Positions 1 to 9,661 of a stretch of 32,000 nt of DNA are shown here, piece by piece. Each line of letters opens with the position of its first letter. The first letter of the stretch is position 1. The DNA is taken from NCBI RefSeq assembly GCF_008000775.2, contig NZ_CP042905.2, forward strand, positions 2,880,001 through 2,912,000, written 5' to 3'. Source of the DNA: Promethearchaeum syntrophicum. GTDB taxonomy: Archaea; Asgardarchaeota; Lokiarchaeia; Sigyniarchaeales; Promethearchaeaceae. Under the pieces are notes generated by a model. The model was not told the DNA's origin. It did not search any database and worked only from the letters and a program-made list of their open reading frames with translations. The position numbers were made by a program, and so were the translations under genes.

Positions 1-1132
1 AGGGATAATTTGTAAATATCGCACCTATTGTCTGAGAAACATAAAAACCAAACTGATCATTTGAGATTTCACTTGGATATGCAGGCATATTTGATAACAT
101 TACTGGTCGTAGGAAAAAAATCATTAATAAACAGAAAGGAACTGCCAAAGCATTAACAATAAATGCTAAAATAGCCCGATTTTTATTGTTTTTATTGTAA
201 AGAAAATCTCCCAACCAAGATAAAACAATACTTCCTACTATATAACCCACACTTGCCACTCCAGCCATTAGTGTGGAAACTTGAATTCTTATTTCACTAG
301 GTAGAACGGCTAATAAACCATCAGTTGGATGTGAAAACGTCGTTATTAAAGAGAAGATTATAATTGTGCCAGGAACAATTGAAAATAATCCATTTATAAT
401 GAGATATCTATTCGTTCGCTTTTTCATCATACTGATTAAAGCACGTCGACTCATTCGATATCCATATTGAAGTTCATCAAATTCTTGTAAATCTGCCAAA
501 CTCTCCTCTTTCGAGCCCATTTCTGGCAATTTTACAAAGGCGAGTAAAAATAATGCAATTACAGCTAATCCAAACAATATTAAAAATGGAAAATGCCACC
601 CTAAATTTAAAATATTAAGAGGACCAAGAAAAGCAGATAATCCTTGACCAGTACCATTACTTGTAGAAGAAAATATTGCTAAAAATCCAAATAATCCAGA
701 TCGTTCTTCTGCGGGAAATATATCACTTAGAATTGATATTCCAACTGGAATTGCAAAACCCATGCCACCACCTGTGATTATCCTAGCAACAATTAATAAC
801 CCATAAGAATTAACAAAAATTGTTAATAGAAAGCCCAAAATTGATAAAAATACCCCCCAACGAATCACTTTGTTCCGATCGAGCCGGTCCGTATAATATC
901 CCCATACTACCATCGTAAATGCAGCAATTAGCACCGACAAAGCATCAGGAATATAAATTGAAGAAGAATATTGCTCCCCGAAATCTGCAATAATTGCAGA
1001 ATATGAAGGAATCATCATATTTAAAGAAGCGACGTTAATGAATGAAAGCAAGAGAATTACAAAAATAACTGAAATCTCATTTTTAGAAAATTTCATCTTG
1101 AATTTCATCTTCTTTCGTTCTTTAATATCCAT
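1..1132 (-). CDS. MFS transporter, partial (C-terminus runs off left edge of window)
   Basis: Manual reverse-strand translation gives MKFSKNEISVIFVILLLSFINVASLNMMIPSYSAIIADFG...VVWGYYTDRLDRNKVIRWGV...GGGMGFAIPVGISILSDIFPAEERS, with MFS loop motif and multiple TM segments; open to position 1. Start could be 1132, 1108 or 1096. Confidence 0.85.
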   Translation of the reverse strand, partial: MDIKERKKMKFKMKFSKNEISVIFVILLLSFINVASLNMMIPSYSAIIADFGEQYSSSIYIPDALSVLIAAFTMVVWGYYTDRLDRNKVIRWGVFLSILGFLLTIFVNSYGLLIVARIITGGGMGFAIPVGISILSDIFPAEERSGLFGFLAIFSSTSNGTGQGLSAFLGPLNILNLGWHFPFLILFGLAVIALFLLAFVKLPEMGSKEESLADLQEFDELQYGYRMSRRALISMMKKRTNRYLIINGLFSIVPGTIIIFSLITTFSHPTDGLLAVLPSEIRIQVSTLMAGVASVGYIVGSIVLSWLGDFLYNKNNKNRAILAFIVNALAVPFCLLMIFFLRPVMLSNMPAYPSEISNDQFGFYVSQTIGAIFTNYP

Positions 1133-1281
1133 CCCCTCGATTAATCCTAATAAAAATTACCATTATAAATATTTTAATTTATTCTTTCTATCGTAAATGT
1201 AGTTCTGTTAATTTGTTTAAGCTTAAATTAGGAAAAAATTTGGAAAAGAAAAAAATGAAAGCCTCACTGCATACTTATTTA

Positions 1282-2466
1282 TTAGATCATATCAAATTTT
1301 CTGCCAATTTTCTCATAGATATCTAATGCATCTTGAATTTGCTCTTCAGTATGAGTAGCCATTAGAGAATTCCGTAATAATTCATCCCCTTCAGCAACTC
1401 CAGGAGCACGAACTGGATTCGAATATAATCCTTCTGCTAAGAGTTCCTTCCAGACTTTGAAAACTTTAAGTTCATCTCGTACATACACTGGAACTACAGG
1501 AGTTTCGCTTCCACCTGTTTCAAAACCCAACTTTCTTAAACCAGATTCGAATAAGCGCGCATTTGACATTACTTTCTTCCTCAAATCTTCACTTTTTTCT
1601 ATCAATTCAATCGCTTTAATAATTGCTGCAACTGCAGGTGGAAGAAGAGAAGCACTAAAAATGAAACTTCGTGCATGGTGTTGAATATAATTAGCCACAT
1701 CCTCAGTACTTACACAAAAACCTCCAATGGAAGCGAATGATTTTGAGAATGTGCCAACGACAAGATCAATCCGATCCATAAGACCAAAATGCCCTCCAAC
1801 ACCTTCACCGTGATCCCCTAGATACCCCACTCCATGGGCATCATCAATCATTAAACGAGCGCTATATTGCTCTGATAATTCAACTAATTCAGGTATTGGT
1901 GCTAAAGATCCTTCCATGCTAAAAACTCCATCACTAACAATAAGTTTACCTTTATTTGCAGGTATTGATTGAAGAACCCTTTCAAGATCTTCCATATTAT
2001 TATGTTTGTAAACTTTAGTTTCTGCATAGGATAAACGACATCCGTCCACGATCGATGCATGATTTAACGAATCAGAAATAATATAATCCCCCTTTGTAGC
2101 TAAACCAGAAATAACACCCAGATTAGTTTGATAACCAGTTGAAAAAGTAACTGCTGCTTCTTTTCCCATAAATTTCGCAAGTTTTTCTTCTAATTCCAAG
2201 TGGAGATCTAGAGTCCCATTTAGAAATCTGGAACCAGTGCACCCTGTTCCGTGATCTTTTAAGGCTTGACAGCCTGCTTTAATCATTTCGGGGCGGTTCG
2301 TTAGACCCATATAATTATTAGAACCAAACATGATTGTCGGTTTACCTTGAATTTGAGTTATTGGCCCTATGATTCCATCTGCAGGAATAAAATAAGGATA
2401 TAACCCCATCTTCTTTATTTCTTGCGGTAGAGTATATTTTTGAGCTTTTCTAAATAGTTTTTCCAT
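1282..2466 (-). CDS. Pyridoxal-phosphate alpha-oxoamine synthase family enzyme (serine palmitoyltransferase-like / glycine C-acetyltransferase / BioF family)
   Basis: 394 aa; conserved GTGCTGSRFLNGTLDLHLELEEKLAKF, LMIDDAHGVGYLG, and PLP-lysine motif GTFSKSFASIGG; overall wording close to bacterial SPT-like AOS members. Confidence 0.85.
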   Translation of the reverse strand: MEKLFRKAQKYTLPQEIKKMGLYPYFIPADGIIGPITQIQGKPTIMFGSNNYMGLTNRPEMIKAGCQALKDHGTGCTGSRFLNGTLDLHLELEEKLAKFMGKEAAVTFSTGYQTNLGVISGLATKGDYIISDSLNHASIVDGCRLSYAETKVYKHNNMEDLERVLQSIPANKGKLIVSDGVFSMEGSLAPIPELVELSEQYSARLMIDDAHGVGYLGDHGEGVGGHFGLMDRIDLVVGTFSKSFASIGGFCVSTEDVANYIQHHARSFIFSASLLPPAVAAIIKAIELIEKSEDLRKKVMSNARLFESGLRKLGFETGGSETPVVPVYVRDELKVFKVWKELLAEGLYSNPVRAPGVAEGDELLRNSLMATHTEEQIQDALDIYEKIGRKFDMI

Positions 2467-2805
2467 TTTTTTCTCATCTATATATTTGTATGATCAAACG
2501 ATTATTTGATTAAAATGATCACTTGCTTATAAGTTTTTAATTTTGAACAAATTCGTACTTTATTTTTTATGCTGTAATTGCAAAAAAGTATTTTTTAGTA
2601 AATTTTACAAAATGAATTTGTTGATTTTTTGTATAAAAACTGATTAAATTTGTTGGTTTTTTAGGAACATTTCCTAAATAGTATTGTTAAACAGCGAAAA
2701 ATCAATCATAAAGCATTATTAAATTGACAAAATCAAGAAGAATCATTAAAAAAAAATATGGCGCAAATTTGTATAAAATAATATTTGAAGTAAAAAAAAA
2801 TTCAA

Positions 2806-3408
2806 TTATTCAATTTCAGTTAAAATCTGTGTTAATTGATTTTTTATGGATTCAAGTTTTCGATTACGGAGTGCTTCATCAACGATTGTAACGGCTTCTT
2901 CTTTCGCAATTTTGATACTTTTGGTCGGAATACTCATCATTTTTTCAAAAATCTCATCAGATTTACTCCTATCATTATTATTGTCTTCATCATGTCTAAC
3001 AAGAAATGGAGTGAGCATATTTAAATACCGCATGACAAATTCTATATCTCCCTCGAACCGTTCATAAATAATATAATCGATGCACTTACGACCTAAATCT
3101 TCTAAAGTATAGACCCTTTTCACTGGTCCCAATGGAGATTGCTTTCTTTCTCCTGTGATTAATTTTTTATTTTGTTCCAGTTTTGAAAGAATAGGATATA
3201 TAGTACCAGATTTGGCTTTCCACGAACCAGCAAATAATTCGTTAAGCTTTTGGATCATTTCATAGCCATATTGCCCAACAGGTTCTCCATTATTTCTCAA
3301 TTCCCTGGATCGTAGTTGTGTAAGAATCAGGACTTCAATCGGGCTTAAATTAATTTTTTTCTTTGGTTTATCACCTTTTACTCCAGGAAACGATACAGAT
3401 TTGCCCAT
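2806..3408 (-). CDS. PadR-family winged-helix transcriptional regulator with C-terminal extension
   Basis: YEMIQKLNELFAGSWKAKSGTIYPILSKLEQNKKLITGE...VKRVYTLEDLGRK is the PadR wHTH signature. Confidence 0.85.
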   Translation of the reverse strand: MGKSVSFPGVKGDKPKKKINLSPIEVLILTQLRSRELRNNGEPVGQYGYEMIQKLNELFAGSWKAKSGTIYPILSKLEQNKKLITGERKQSPLGPVKRVYTLEDLGRKCIDYIIYERFEGDIEFVMRYLNMLTPFLVRHDEDNNNDRSKSDEIFEKMMSIPTKSIKIAKEEAVTIVDEALRNRKLESIKNQLTQILTEIE

Positions 3409-3416
3409 CCAGAAAA

Positions 3417-3947
3417 TTATTCGTCTCCCCCTTCTATATACTTCTTCTTCATTTTTTCTAACTCTTGATCAATTTTTCGGTCTAACCAATTTCTGTTGGG
3501 AGATTCTCCATGTTTTGGAACAACATAGAAAAATACGATTAAATGAATGATAAGCAATATTCCCCAAGGTGCAATGATCCACCATACCCAAGACATTCTT
3601 GAAGTTCCGACTTCTGTAGTATACCAGTTAGTAAAAATGAGAAAAAGATTAATGACCACATAAAATACGAGATGGTATAAAATAAAGACTGTGTGTAAAT
3701 CAACGATTCCTTTCCGAAACAATACATGTGAAAGAATATGTAAAATAAGGATCATCATCCACGCAGTTAGCGGCCATAAACACCAGAAATATGTGGGGTA
3801 AGTAAAATAATTGATTGCAAAAAGCAATAAATTTACCAAAATATAGACCCAAATATGTAAAATAAGAACGAATTTGCGCACGATGACTTCTTTCGCAATT
3901 TTCCTCAAAGAATCATTACTAAATTCATTTAATTTTTTACTAGTCAT
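3417..3947 (-). CDS. Small membrane protein with two tandem 2TM-type domains
   Basis: Two repeats of RK-x-F..H...Y..VN..L(F/I)...(F/W)Y...W..WPL(A/P)W..IL..H......F; lies 8 bp upstream of the PadR gene on the same strand. Confidence 0.65.
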   Translation of the reverse strand: MTSKKLNEFSNDSLRKIAKEVIVRKFVLILHIWVYILVNLLLFAINYFTYPTYFWCLWPLTAWMMILILHILSHVLFRKGIVDLHTVFILYHLVFYVVINLFLIFTNWYTTEVGTSRMSWVWWIIAPWGILLIIHLIVFFYVVPKHGESPNRNWLDRKIDQELEKMKKKYIEGGDE

Positions 3948-4060
3948 AAGATAATATAGTCATCGATTAATAAAAAAAATCCGATAAAAGATAATTTAGC
4001 AATAAAAAAGTTAATGTTATTTAATTGAAATTTGAAAGAAATTTGATATAACCGTAATGA

Positions 4061-4069
4061 GAGGAGGAG
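4061..4069 (+). promoter_or_regulatory. Shine-Dalgarno-like purine run (GAGGAGGAG)
   Basis: gaggaggag located 7 nt upstream of ATG 4077. Confidence 0.5.
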
Positions 4070-4076
4070 AAAAAAA

Positions 4077-5822
4077 ATGGATGAAAAAAATAGCACTGAA
4101 AACGAGTTGGAGGAGCCAACTTTAGAAGAAATGATAAGTGAGGAAGAAAACAAAGACAAGAAGAAAAAGAAGGGAAGAAGAAAATGGTTTTCCAGAAAAA
4201 GAGATCATGAACAAAATTACGATGAACAGGGAAATTATGTACCCAGAGAAAAACCCAGACATGGTTTATATTCTGATTATTACGGTCCGATGATTGAGGA
4301 TGAAAAAGGGAGAAAAGCCGGGAAATTCTTCTTTAAAGAATATAATTCCCTGGGTCGGCATCATTTTTTTGGAGAATTTTTAATTGTCTTAATATTCGGA
4401 ATTTTTTTCGCTTTTGGAGGTTACAACCTTTATTATATAGGAGGACCAATTCGAGATGCCTATGCTGAGTCTGGAATAGATATTACTGAATACTACGGAT
4501 ATTTAAAATATGGATTATATATAATATTAATAATTTTCGCTGTTTGGATTATTTCATTGGCTATTTCTTATTATATGGTAAAGATTTTTGGTAAAATTGC
4601 ACCTATTCTTATGTTTACCTTAGTTTTTCTGGAAATTGGATTATTAGTTCTTCTTTACTTAAATTTTGAATGGGAATATAATTGGATATTTATTTTATTA
4701 GTTATTCCAAACGTTCTCATGCTTACGCTCTGGTATAAGAAGTTCAAAAAAGCGATCCATATAGTGCGTATGAGCAGTATTGCGGTATCAAAACAGCGTG
4801 AAATTTTAGTACCTCAAATTACACAGACTTTATGGATTATATTCTTAAGTTTTTTTCACATAATTACAACGATTAATACTTTTTTTGAAATAACTCCAAT
4901 AACAGGTGCTACATTTGAAATTCGGGAAAGTACTTATGAAATCTCAAAAGGGTGGATTTTCTTCGCTTATTCATGTCTATTTGTCTTCTGTATTTTTGTA
5001 ATTTATTTCGTAAGTCAAGGAATGAAAATGCTTATGGTTCATAATTGGTATCGAGGGGGAGGATCTATGGGATTCTGGAAAGCATTCCATGTTATTCGAT
5101 ATAGGTGGTGGGGAATCATTGGGTATGCCTTTAGTTCAGCAATAATACATATGCTTCAATCTCTTAGAAAAATGATAAAAGGAGATTTCGGACCAAAAAA
5201 TGTCAAAGAATGCTTCACTCAAACAGGAGAACTTATTCCAACTCAAGTAAACGCCTTAAGAACCAAAAAAGGAACACCTTGGTATGAAAGAATTTGGATG
5301 AGTCTTAACTTCTATTCATTACCTTGTATTGTAATTGAGAATAGATTATATCATCAAGCATTGATTAGATCACTCTATTTAAGCATTAGAGATATTCCAA
5401 GCAGATATATAAAGAGATCTAAGGTGGATGTTCTATTTTATTTCATCAAATATGCATTAATAGTAATAAATGGCCTTGTGGGAGCATTATTCGGATATGG
5501 AATTGCACGATATTTCGATGTTTCGGGATATACTCGTTATGCTGTTGTAGGAATAACGATAATGGTATTTTTGTGGGTGGCCGGAGGCACTTCAACATTA
5601 ATTGTTAACGATTTAAATAATTCTTATATTACAATTCTCTTTATTCATACGATAGATGAGCTTAATAACAAGGAGTATTTTACGTTAAATGAATTGGGCA
5701 AGTTAAAGGGTGATACAACAATAACTGAAGTTGAAATGAAAGAAAAAAAACATAAATGGTATCAATTTAGAAAGAAGAAGAAAGAAAAGAAAGAAATGAA
5801 GAAAACCAATGAAGAGAAATAG
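4077..5822 (+). CDS. Polytopic membrane protein, DUF6159-like / distantly choline-transporter-like, with charged cytoplasmic tails
   Basis: 581 aa, about 8-10 hydrophobic segments, segment FWKAFHVIRYRWWGIIGYAFSSAIIHMLQSLRK ... FYSLPCIVIENRLYHQALIRSLYLS resembles DUF6159-type proteins; highly charged Lys/Glu N- and C-termini. Family assignment tentative. Confidence 0.6.
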   Translation: MDEKNSTENELEEPTLEEMISEEENKDKKKKKGRRKWFSRKRDHEQNYDEQGNYVPREKPRHGLYSDYYGPMIEDEKGRKAGKFFFKEYNSLGRHHFFGEFLIVLIFGIFFAFGGYNLYYIGGPIRDAYAESGIDITEYYGYLKYGLYIILIIFAVWIISLAISYYMVKIFGKIAPILMFTLVFLEIGLLVLLYLNFEWEYNWIFILLVIPNVLMLTLWYKKFKKAIHIVRMSSIAVSKQREILVPQITQTLWIIFLSFFHIITTINTFFEITPITGATFEIRESTYEISKGWIFFAYSCLFVFCIFVIYFVSQGMKMLMVHNWYRGGGSMGFWKAFHVIRYRWWGIIGYAFSSAIIHMLQSLRKMIKGDFGPKNVKECFTQTGELIPTQVNALRTKKGTPWYERIWMSLNFYSLPCIVIENRLYHQALIRSLYLSIRDIPSRYIKRSKVDVLFYFIKYALIVINGLVGALFGYGIARYFDVSGYTRYAVVGITIMVFLWVAGGTSTLIVNDLNNSYITILFIHTIDELNNKEYFTLNELGKLKGDTTITEVEMKEKKHKWYQFRKKKKEKKEMKKTNEEK

Positions 5823-6429
5823 ATATTCCTTTTTTTTACACTTTTATTAATTTTAAATATTTAGGGTTATGTAATGTTCTTTACCTTCTCTCGATTTACA
5901 TGGCGAAATCTTTTATTGAATAAATAAGAAAAAATCTCACCACGTGTACCGAATGCATCGCAAATGGTCAGGGAAAAGATTCTTGATTTTTTAGAATAAT
6001 CGAATAGGTAATGACGTCATCATAGCCACAAGAAAGAATTTATTATCAAAGGAGTATTTAAAATCATATACCAATGTTCTTACTAATGATATAGCGAGCG
6101 GCGAGGGGAACTCGCAATCATGTTTTATAAGATTTAATAATTGTGTAATTATCTCATCGATCGAAAGAAAGATTTGATTTATAAACCTAGATTTTGTGAT
6201 AGCGAGAGTTAGAGGCATTGGTAACATGAAAAGATCTAAATTCTTATGGGTTATTTAATTCTTTGAAATATAACACGAATTTTAATCTTAGGATGATATC
6301 TATTCCAATGTTCTGTCTTACTTTCATGATTTCTATTTCATACCATTTTTCTTATAAAATTATACGTTATGAGAACTCTGAACGCGAATTTACGATTTTT
6401 TTTAATAATATCCTATTAAATAATGAAAA

Positions 6430-7425
6430 ATGAGGAAACAGATAATGAAAGTACAATATAAAAAACTCGGTTGGTATCGAATTAAACTGACTCGAAAAAT
6501 ACGGAATCTTGAAGGAAAAGAATTAATTGATGCATTACAATCAGCTATTGAAGACATCCATAAAAAAGGATATGATAAATTTGGAGTGTTTAAGCATTTT
6601 GTTACCCAGATCGAACAAGAAATTCAAGAATTAAAATTTCGGCCCAAAGCCAAACCTCGGGAACATGATCCGTTTCTGATTAAACGATCAGGTGATGGAC
6701 GAATTGTTCTGTTTGGACTTTCTAATGTGGGAAAAAGCACTTTAATGAATGCAATCACGAATACCAATGTAAAAACGGGAAATTATCTCCATACTACCAA
6801 AACTGCATTAGGCGGTACTTGTGAATATAATCAAGTGAAAATACAAATTGTGGATGTACCTGGATTTGTAGATTATCGGGATGATTGGATGATTAGCAAG
6901 CAAATTCTCCGAGTAGCACGAACTTGCGATGCAATTTTGATGGTGATTGATTTATCCCAAAATGTTTCTAAACAATATCAGTTTCTTTTGAATCAATTGG
7001 AAAAAGCAAATTTAATGATTGATGGAGAAACTATGTATAAATTAGGGATTATTGCTTCCAAAGGGGATCTTCCAAAATCAAAAGACCAATTCATTAAACT
7101 GGAGCAAGAAAGTGAGTACCCGATACTCCCTATTTCAATTATAAATGAAGAGTCCTTAGAAAAAGCCAAGAAATTTCTATTTGACATGCTAGATGTAATC
7201 CGGATTTTTACAAAATCACCTAATAAAAAACCTGATTTAGAACACCCGATCATATGTGACTATGATACAACAGTTGAATATATTTCAAGTAAAATTCATA
7301 AGGATTTTCTAACTAGGTTTCATCATGCAAAAGTTTGGGGCAATTCAGTTGATTTTGATGGCCAACATGTTGGAAAGGATCATGTACTCTCTGATCTGGA
7401 TGTGGTTGAATTATTTAAAACGTAG
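6430..7425 (+). CDS. OBG/DRG-type GTPase with C-terminal TGS-like domain
   Basis: G1 GLSNVGKST, G3 DVPGF, C-terminal DFLTRFHHAKVWGNSVDFDGQHVGKDHVLSDLDVVELF matches TGS pattern of DRG proteins. Confidence 0.8.
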   Translation: MRKQIMKVQYKKLGWYRIKLTRKIRNLEGKELIDALQSAIEDIHKKGYDKFGVFKHFVTQIEQEIQELKFRPKAKPREHDPFLIKRSGDGRIVLFGLSNVGKSTLMNAITNTNVKTGNYLHTTKTALGGTCEYNQVKIQIVDVPGFVDYRDDWMISKQILRVARTCDAILMVIDLSQNVSKQYQFLLNQLEKANLMIDGETMYKLGIIASKGDLPKSKDQFIKLEQESEYPILPISIINEESLEKAKKFLFDMLDVIRIFTKSPNKKPDLEHPIICDYDTTVEYISSKIHKDFLTRFHHAKVWGNSVDFDGQHVGKDHVLSDLDVVELFKT

Positions 7426-7478
7426 TAAAATAATCGAAAAGGACTTTTTTTTCAATTTTAAAAAGAATATATTAGAGT

Positions 7479-8054
7479 TCATATGTTGAAATGTTTTTTA
7501 ATTAGTTTAGCTGTTTCAGAAGCAGATAAATAAGTATTGTTTATTTTAATATAATTGGGGCTATACTCAAATGGTTGAGTAGGTGAGCTATTCAACCGAT
7601 AATCTCTATCCATTTTTTTCACAGAATCTTCAGACCATTCCAAATCCCTTTTAGATGGTTTTTCTTCCAGTCTTAATCGAGTTTTATTACGTTCTAAGCG
7701 AATTTTTTGATCAGCTTCCAATTCAACGAAATTCGTTTCAATATCTTGAGCAGAAAAGATGTTTACAATTTCTGTAACGTAATCTTCATCAGCTTTGATC
7801 CCTAAAGCCCAAACCATGGTAAATATCAGTCCTTTTAAATCACTAATAGCAGCTTCTTCAAATATTCTAAAACGAAATTCCTTATCTAATCGTTTAAAAT
7901 GAGGAGAGCCATGAGGAAAGATTCTAATTAAAGGTTCAATTGTCATGTGGTTATGAAATACCTTGAATCCAGTCATTTGCGCCAATTCAAAACCAACTGC
8001 CATCTTACCTACTGCAGCGGGACCAAATATCATAAGAAATTTCATATCACTCAA
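7479..8054 (-). CDS. P-loop NTPase / shikimate-kinase-like ATP-binding protein
   Basis: N-terminal MKFLMIFGPAAVGKMAVG Walker A-like motif; LEADQKIRLERNKTRLRLEEKPSKRD typical of small kinase-like P-loop proteins. Confidence 0.6.
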   Translation of the reverse strand: MSDMKFLMIFGPAAVGKMAVGFELAQMTGFKVFHNHMTIEPLIRIFPHGSPHFKRLDKEFRFRIFEEAAISDLKGLIFTMVWALGIKADEDYVTEIVNIFSAQDIETNFVELEADQKIRLERNKTRLRLEEKPSKRDLEWSEDSVKKMDRDYRLNSSPTQPFEYSPNYIKINNTYLSASETAKLIKKHFNI

Positions 8055-8077
8055 AGATAATATTGATTTGTAGTATT

Positions 8078-8524
8078 TTAGTCATATTCTTTACGAATTT
8101 TTTCATCACAGAGAGTTGGTGCCAAGAATTCTTTCCAAATAGGATCTTTCCAGCTTTGAAGTTTGGAATGTGGATAAATATATTTTTCAGGGATTGGATG
8201 GGTTCCAATTACAACTTCCATTTGAAATTTCGTTTCGATGAATTTTTTAAAATATGAAATATATGGACAAGGAGGATAGCCAACAACCAATCCTGTCGCA
8301 AAATGTATAACTTTAATTCCATTTGCTTTCATTTCTTCAGGGACACTTTCAATATTTCCACCAGGACATCCCCCACAAGTTGTAAAACCAGCAATTTCAA
8401 CATTTTTTCCTTGATATTTTTTAAAAGCACCTTCTTTTTTTGTAAATGATCTAAAACATTTTCCACCCGCGCAAGTATTGTAACGATCACAGATGATAAT
8501 TCCAATTTTAAGAGGATCACTCAT
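8078..8524 (-). CDS. CGGC domain-containing protein
   Basis: MSDPLKIGIIICDRYNTCAGGKCFRSF...EIAGFTTCGGCPGGN...HFATGL...CPYI; the ORF extends to 8617 but MSDPL at 8524 is the more natural start. Confidence 0.8.
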   Translation of the reverse strand: MSDPLKIGIIICDRYNTCAGGKCFRSFTKKEGAFKKYQGKNVEIAGFTTCGGCPGGNIESVPEEMKANGIKVIHFATGLVVGYPPCPYISYFKKFIETKFQMEVVIGTHPIPEKYIYPHSKLQSWKDPIWKEFLAPTLCDEKIRKEYD

Positions 8525-9109
8525 ATTAATTTCAATAAATTGTTTAAATAAAAAAAGATTTAACATTTGATTTTCTCCTTTTCTAGGTAAAAATTGTAAA
8601 TTACTAACAAAATTCAAAAGATCGCTGTGGAATTTAACAATTGTAAAACTAATAATAAACTTAGTTTTTCTTGGATTACATGTACATCGCTTTTTCTTGA
8701 AATTTGGATGATTTAGGATTATGGAAAATTTCGATTATTCAAACTTAAAACCCAATTTTTTTATAACACTTGTGTAATAACCATTATTCTTTGCGGGATT
8801 TTCCGTTGTATCATTAATGTAACTAATCAAATCATTTTCATACTTACCATTATATACATATTCAAGAACTTCGGAAGATTTTAAGAATCTATTACTCATG
8901 ATATTCACAAACCTTTAGATTACTTTAGTGTAATCTTTAGTTGTATTACTATTTATTCAAATAACTATTTATTTATTTGCCTTAATGATTATTTCTTCAA
9001 ACAAATATGCACCCAATAATGTTTATTTTTATAGTTAATTGAGTTGAATAATAAAATTAGGTAATTTTTATTTTAGTAGGATTAGTTGTCTCTTCAATTT
9101 TATTTAAAA

Positions 9110-9555
9110 TCAAAGATACTGATGGTGATTTTTGTTCATTATTATGATATCAAGTAATTCATGACCTTCGGGTAGTAATTGGTTATTTTTGATCTTTAAT
9201 TCTCCTTTAATATCTGCTAAGACTACTACATCTTCAAATATACCAGTATATTTTTACTTGAATTCCAAGTAAAAACGTAACCTAATATTTTAAAATTTTT
9301 TCCAAGAAGATATTTGCAGAATAAACTTTCTGAAACTGGAATCTGCCATTCAATATATTCTATTTCATATAAATTAGCATATTTCTTAAGAAGTAAATAA
9401 GATCCTGTAAGTATAGAAGAATCTGAACATTTTTATTTGATTTTTTCGATATTATTCACGGATTCGGTATGAAGTGCGGTTAAATAATTACTCGTTTTTG
9501 GATCTACTATGGAAATTGACACATATCCATATTTATCTCTAGATACAGAATTATT
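9110..9555 (-). pseudogene. Decayed coding remnant of unknown family
   Basis: Reverse-strand reading NSVSRDKYGYVSISIVDPKTSNYLTALHTESVNNIEKIK*KCSDSSILTGSYLLLKKYANLYEIEYIEWQIPVSESLFCKYLLGK... then, after a frame change near 9250, IFEDVVVLADIKGELKIKNNQLLPEGHELLDIIIMNKNHHQYL*. Protein-like text interrupted by a stop at about 9433 and an apparent frameshift. Confidence 0.5.
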
Positions 9556-9661
9556 TTAAAATCTAAATTTCAAGGACGCAATTTGAGACTTACTATATTT
9601 GCATTAAGGTTCTTCTTTTGGTTCATGAATTTTTTATATTGTCAAAACTTTTTTAATTAAT

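Noticed and set aside
1457-1684. 75-aa plus-strand ORF opposite the AOS gene
   Set aside because: Antisense shadow of a strongly supported CDS.
5991-6227. 78-aa minus-strand ORF in the track, and a competing plus-strand reading (NNRIGNDVIIATRKNLLSKEYLKSYTNVLTNDIASGEGNSQS...) in the same locus
   Set aside because: Neither frame shows a recognisable motif and both are short. A degraded gene is possible because local GC is slightly higher, but the evidence is too weak for a call.
8329-8520. 63-aa minus-strand ORF overlapping the CGGC gene in another frame
   Set aside because: Overlaps the well-supported CGGC-domain frame; no independent support.
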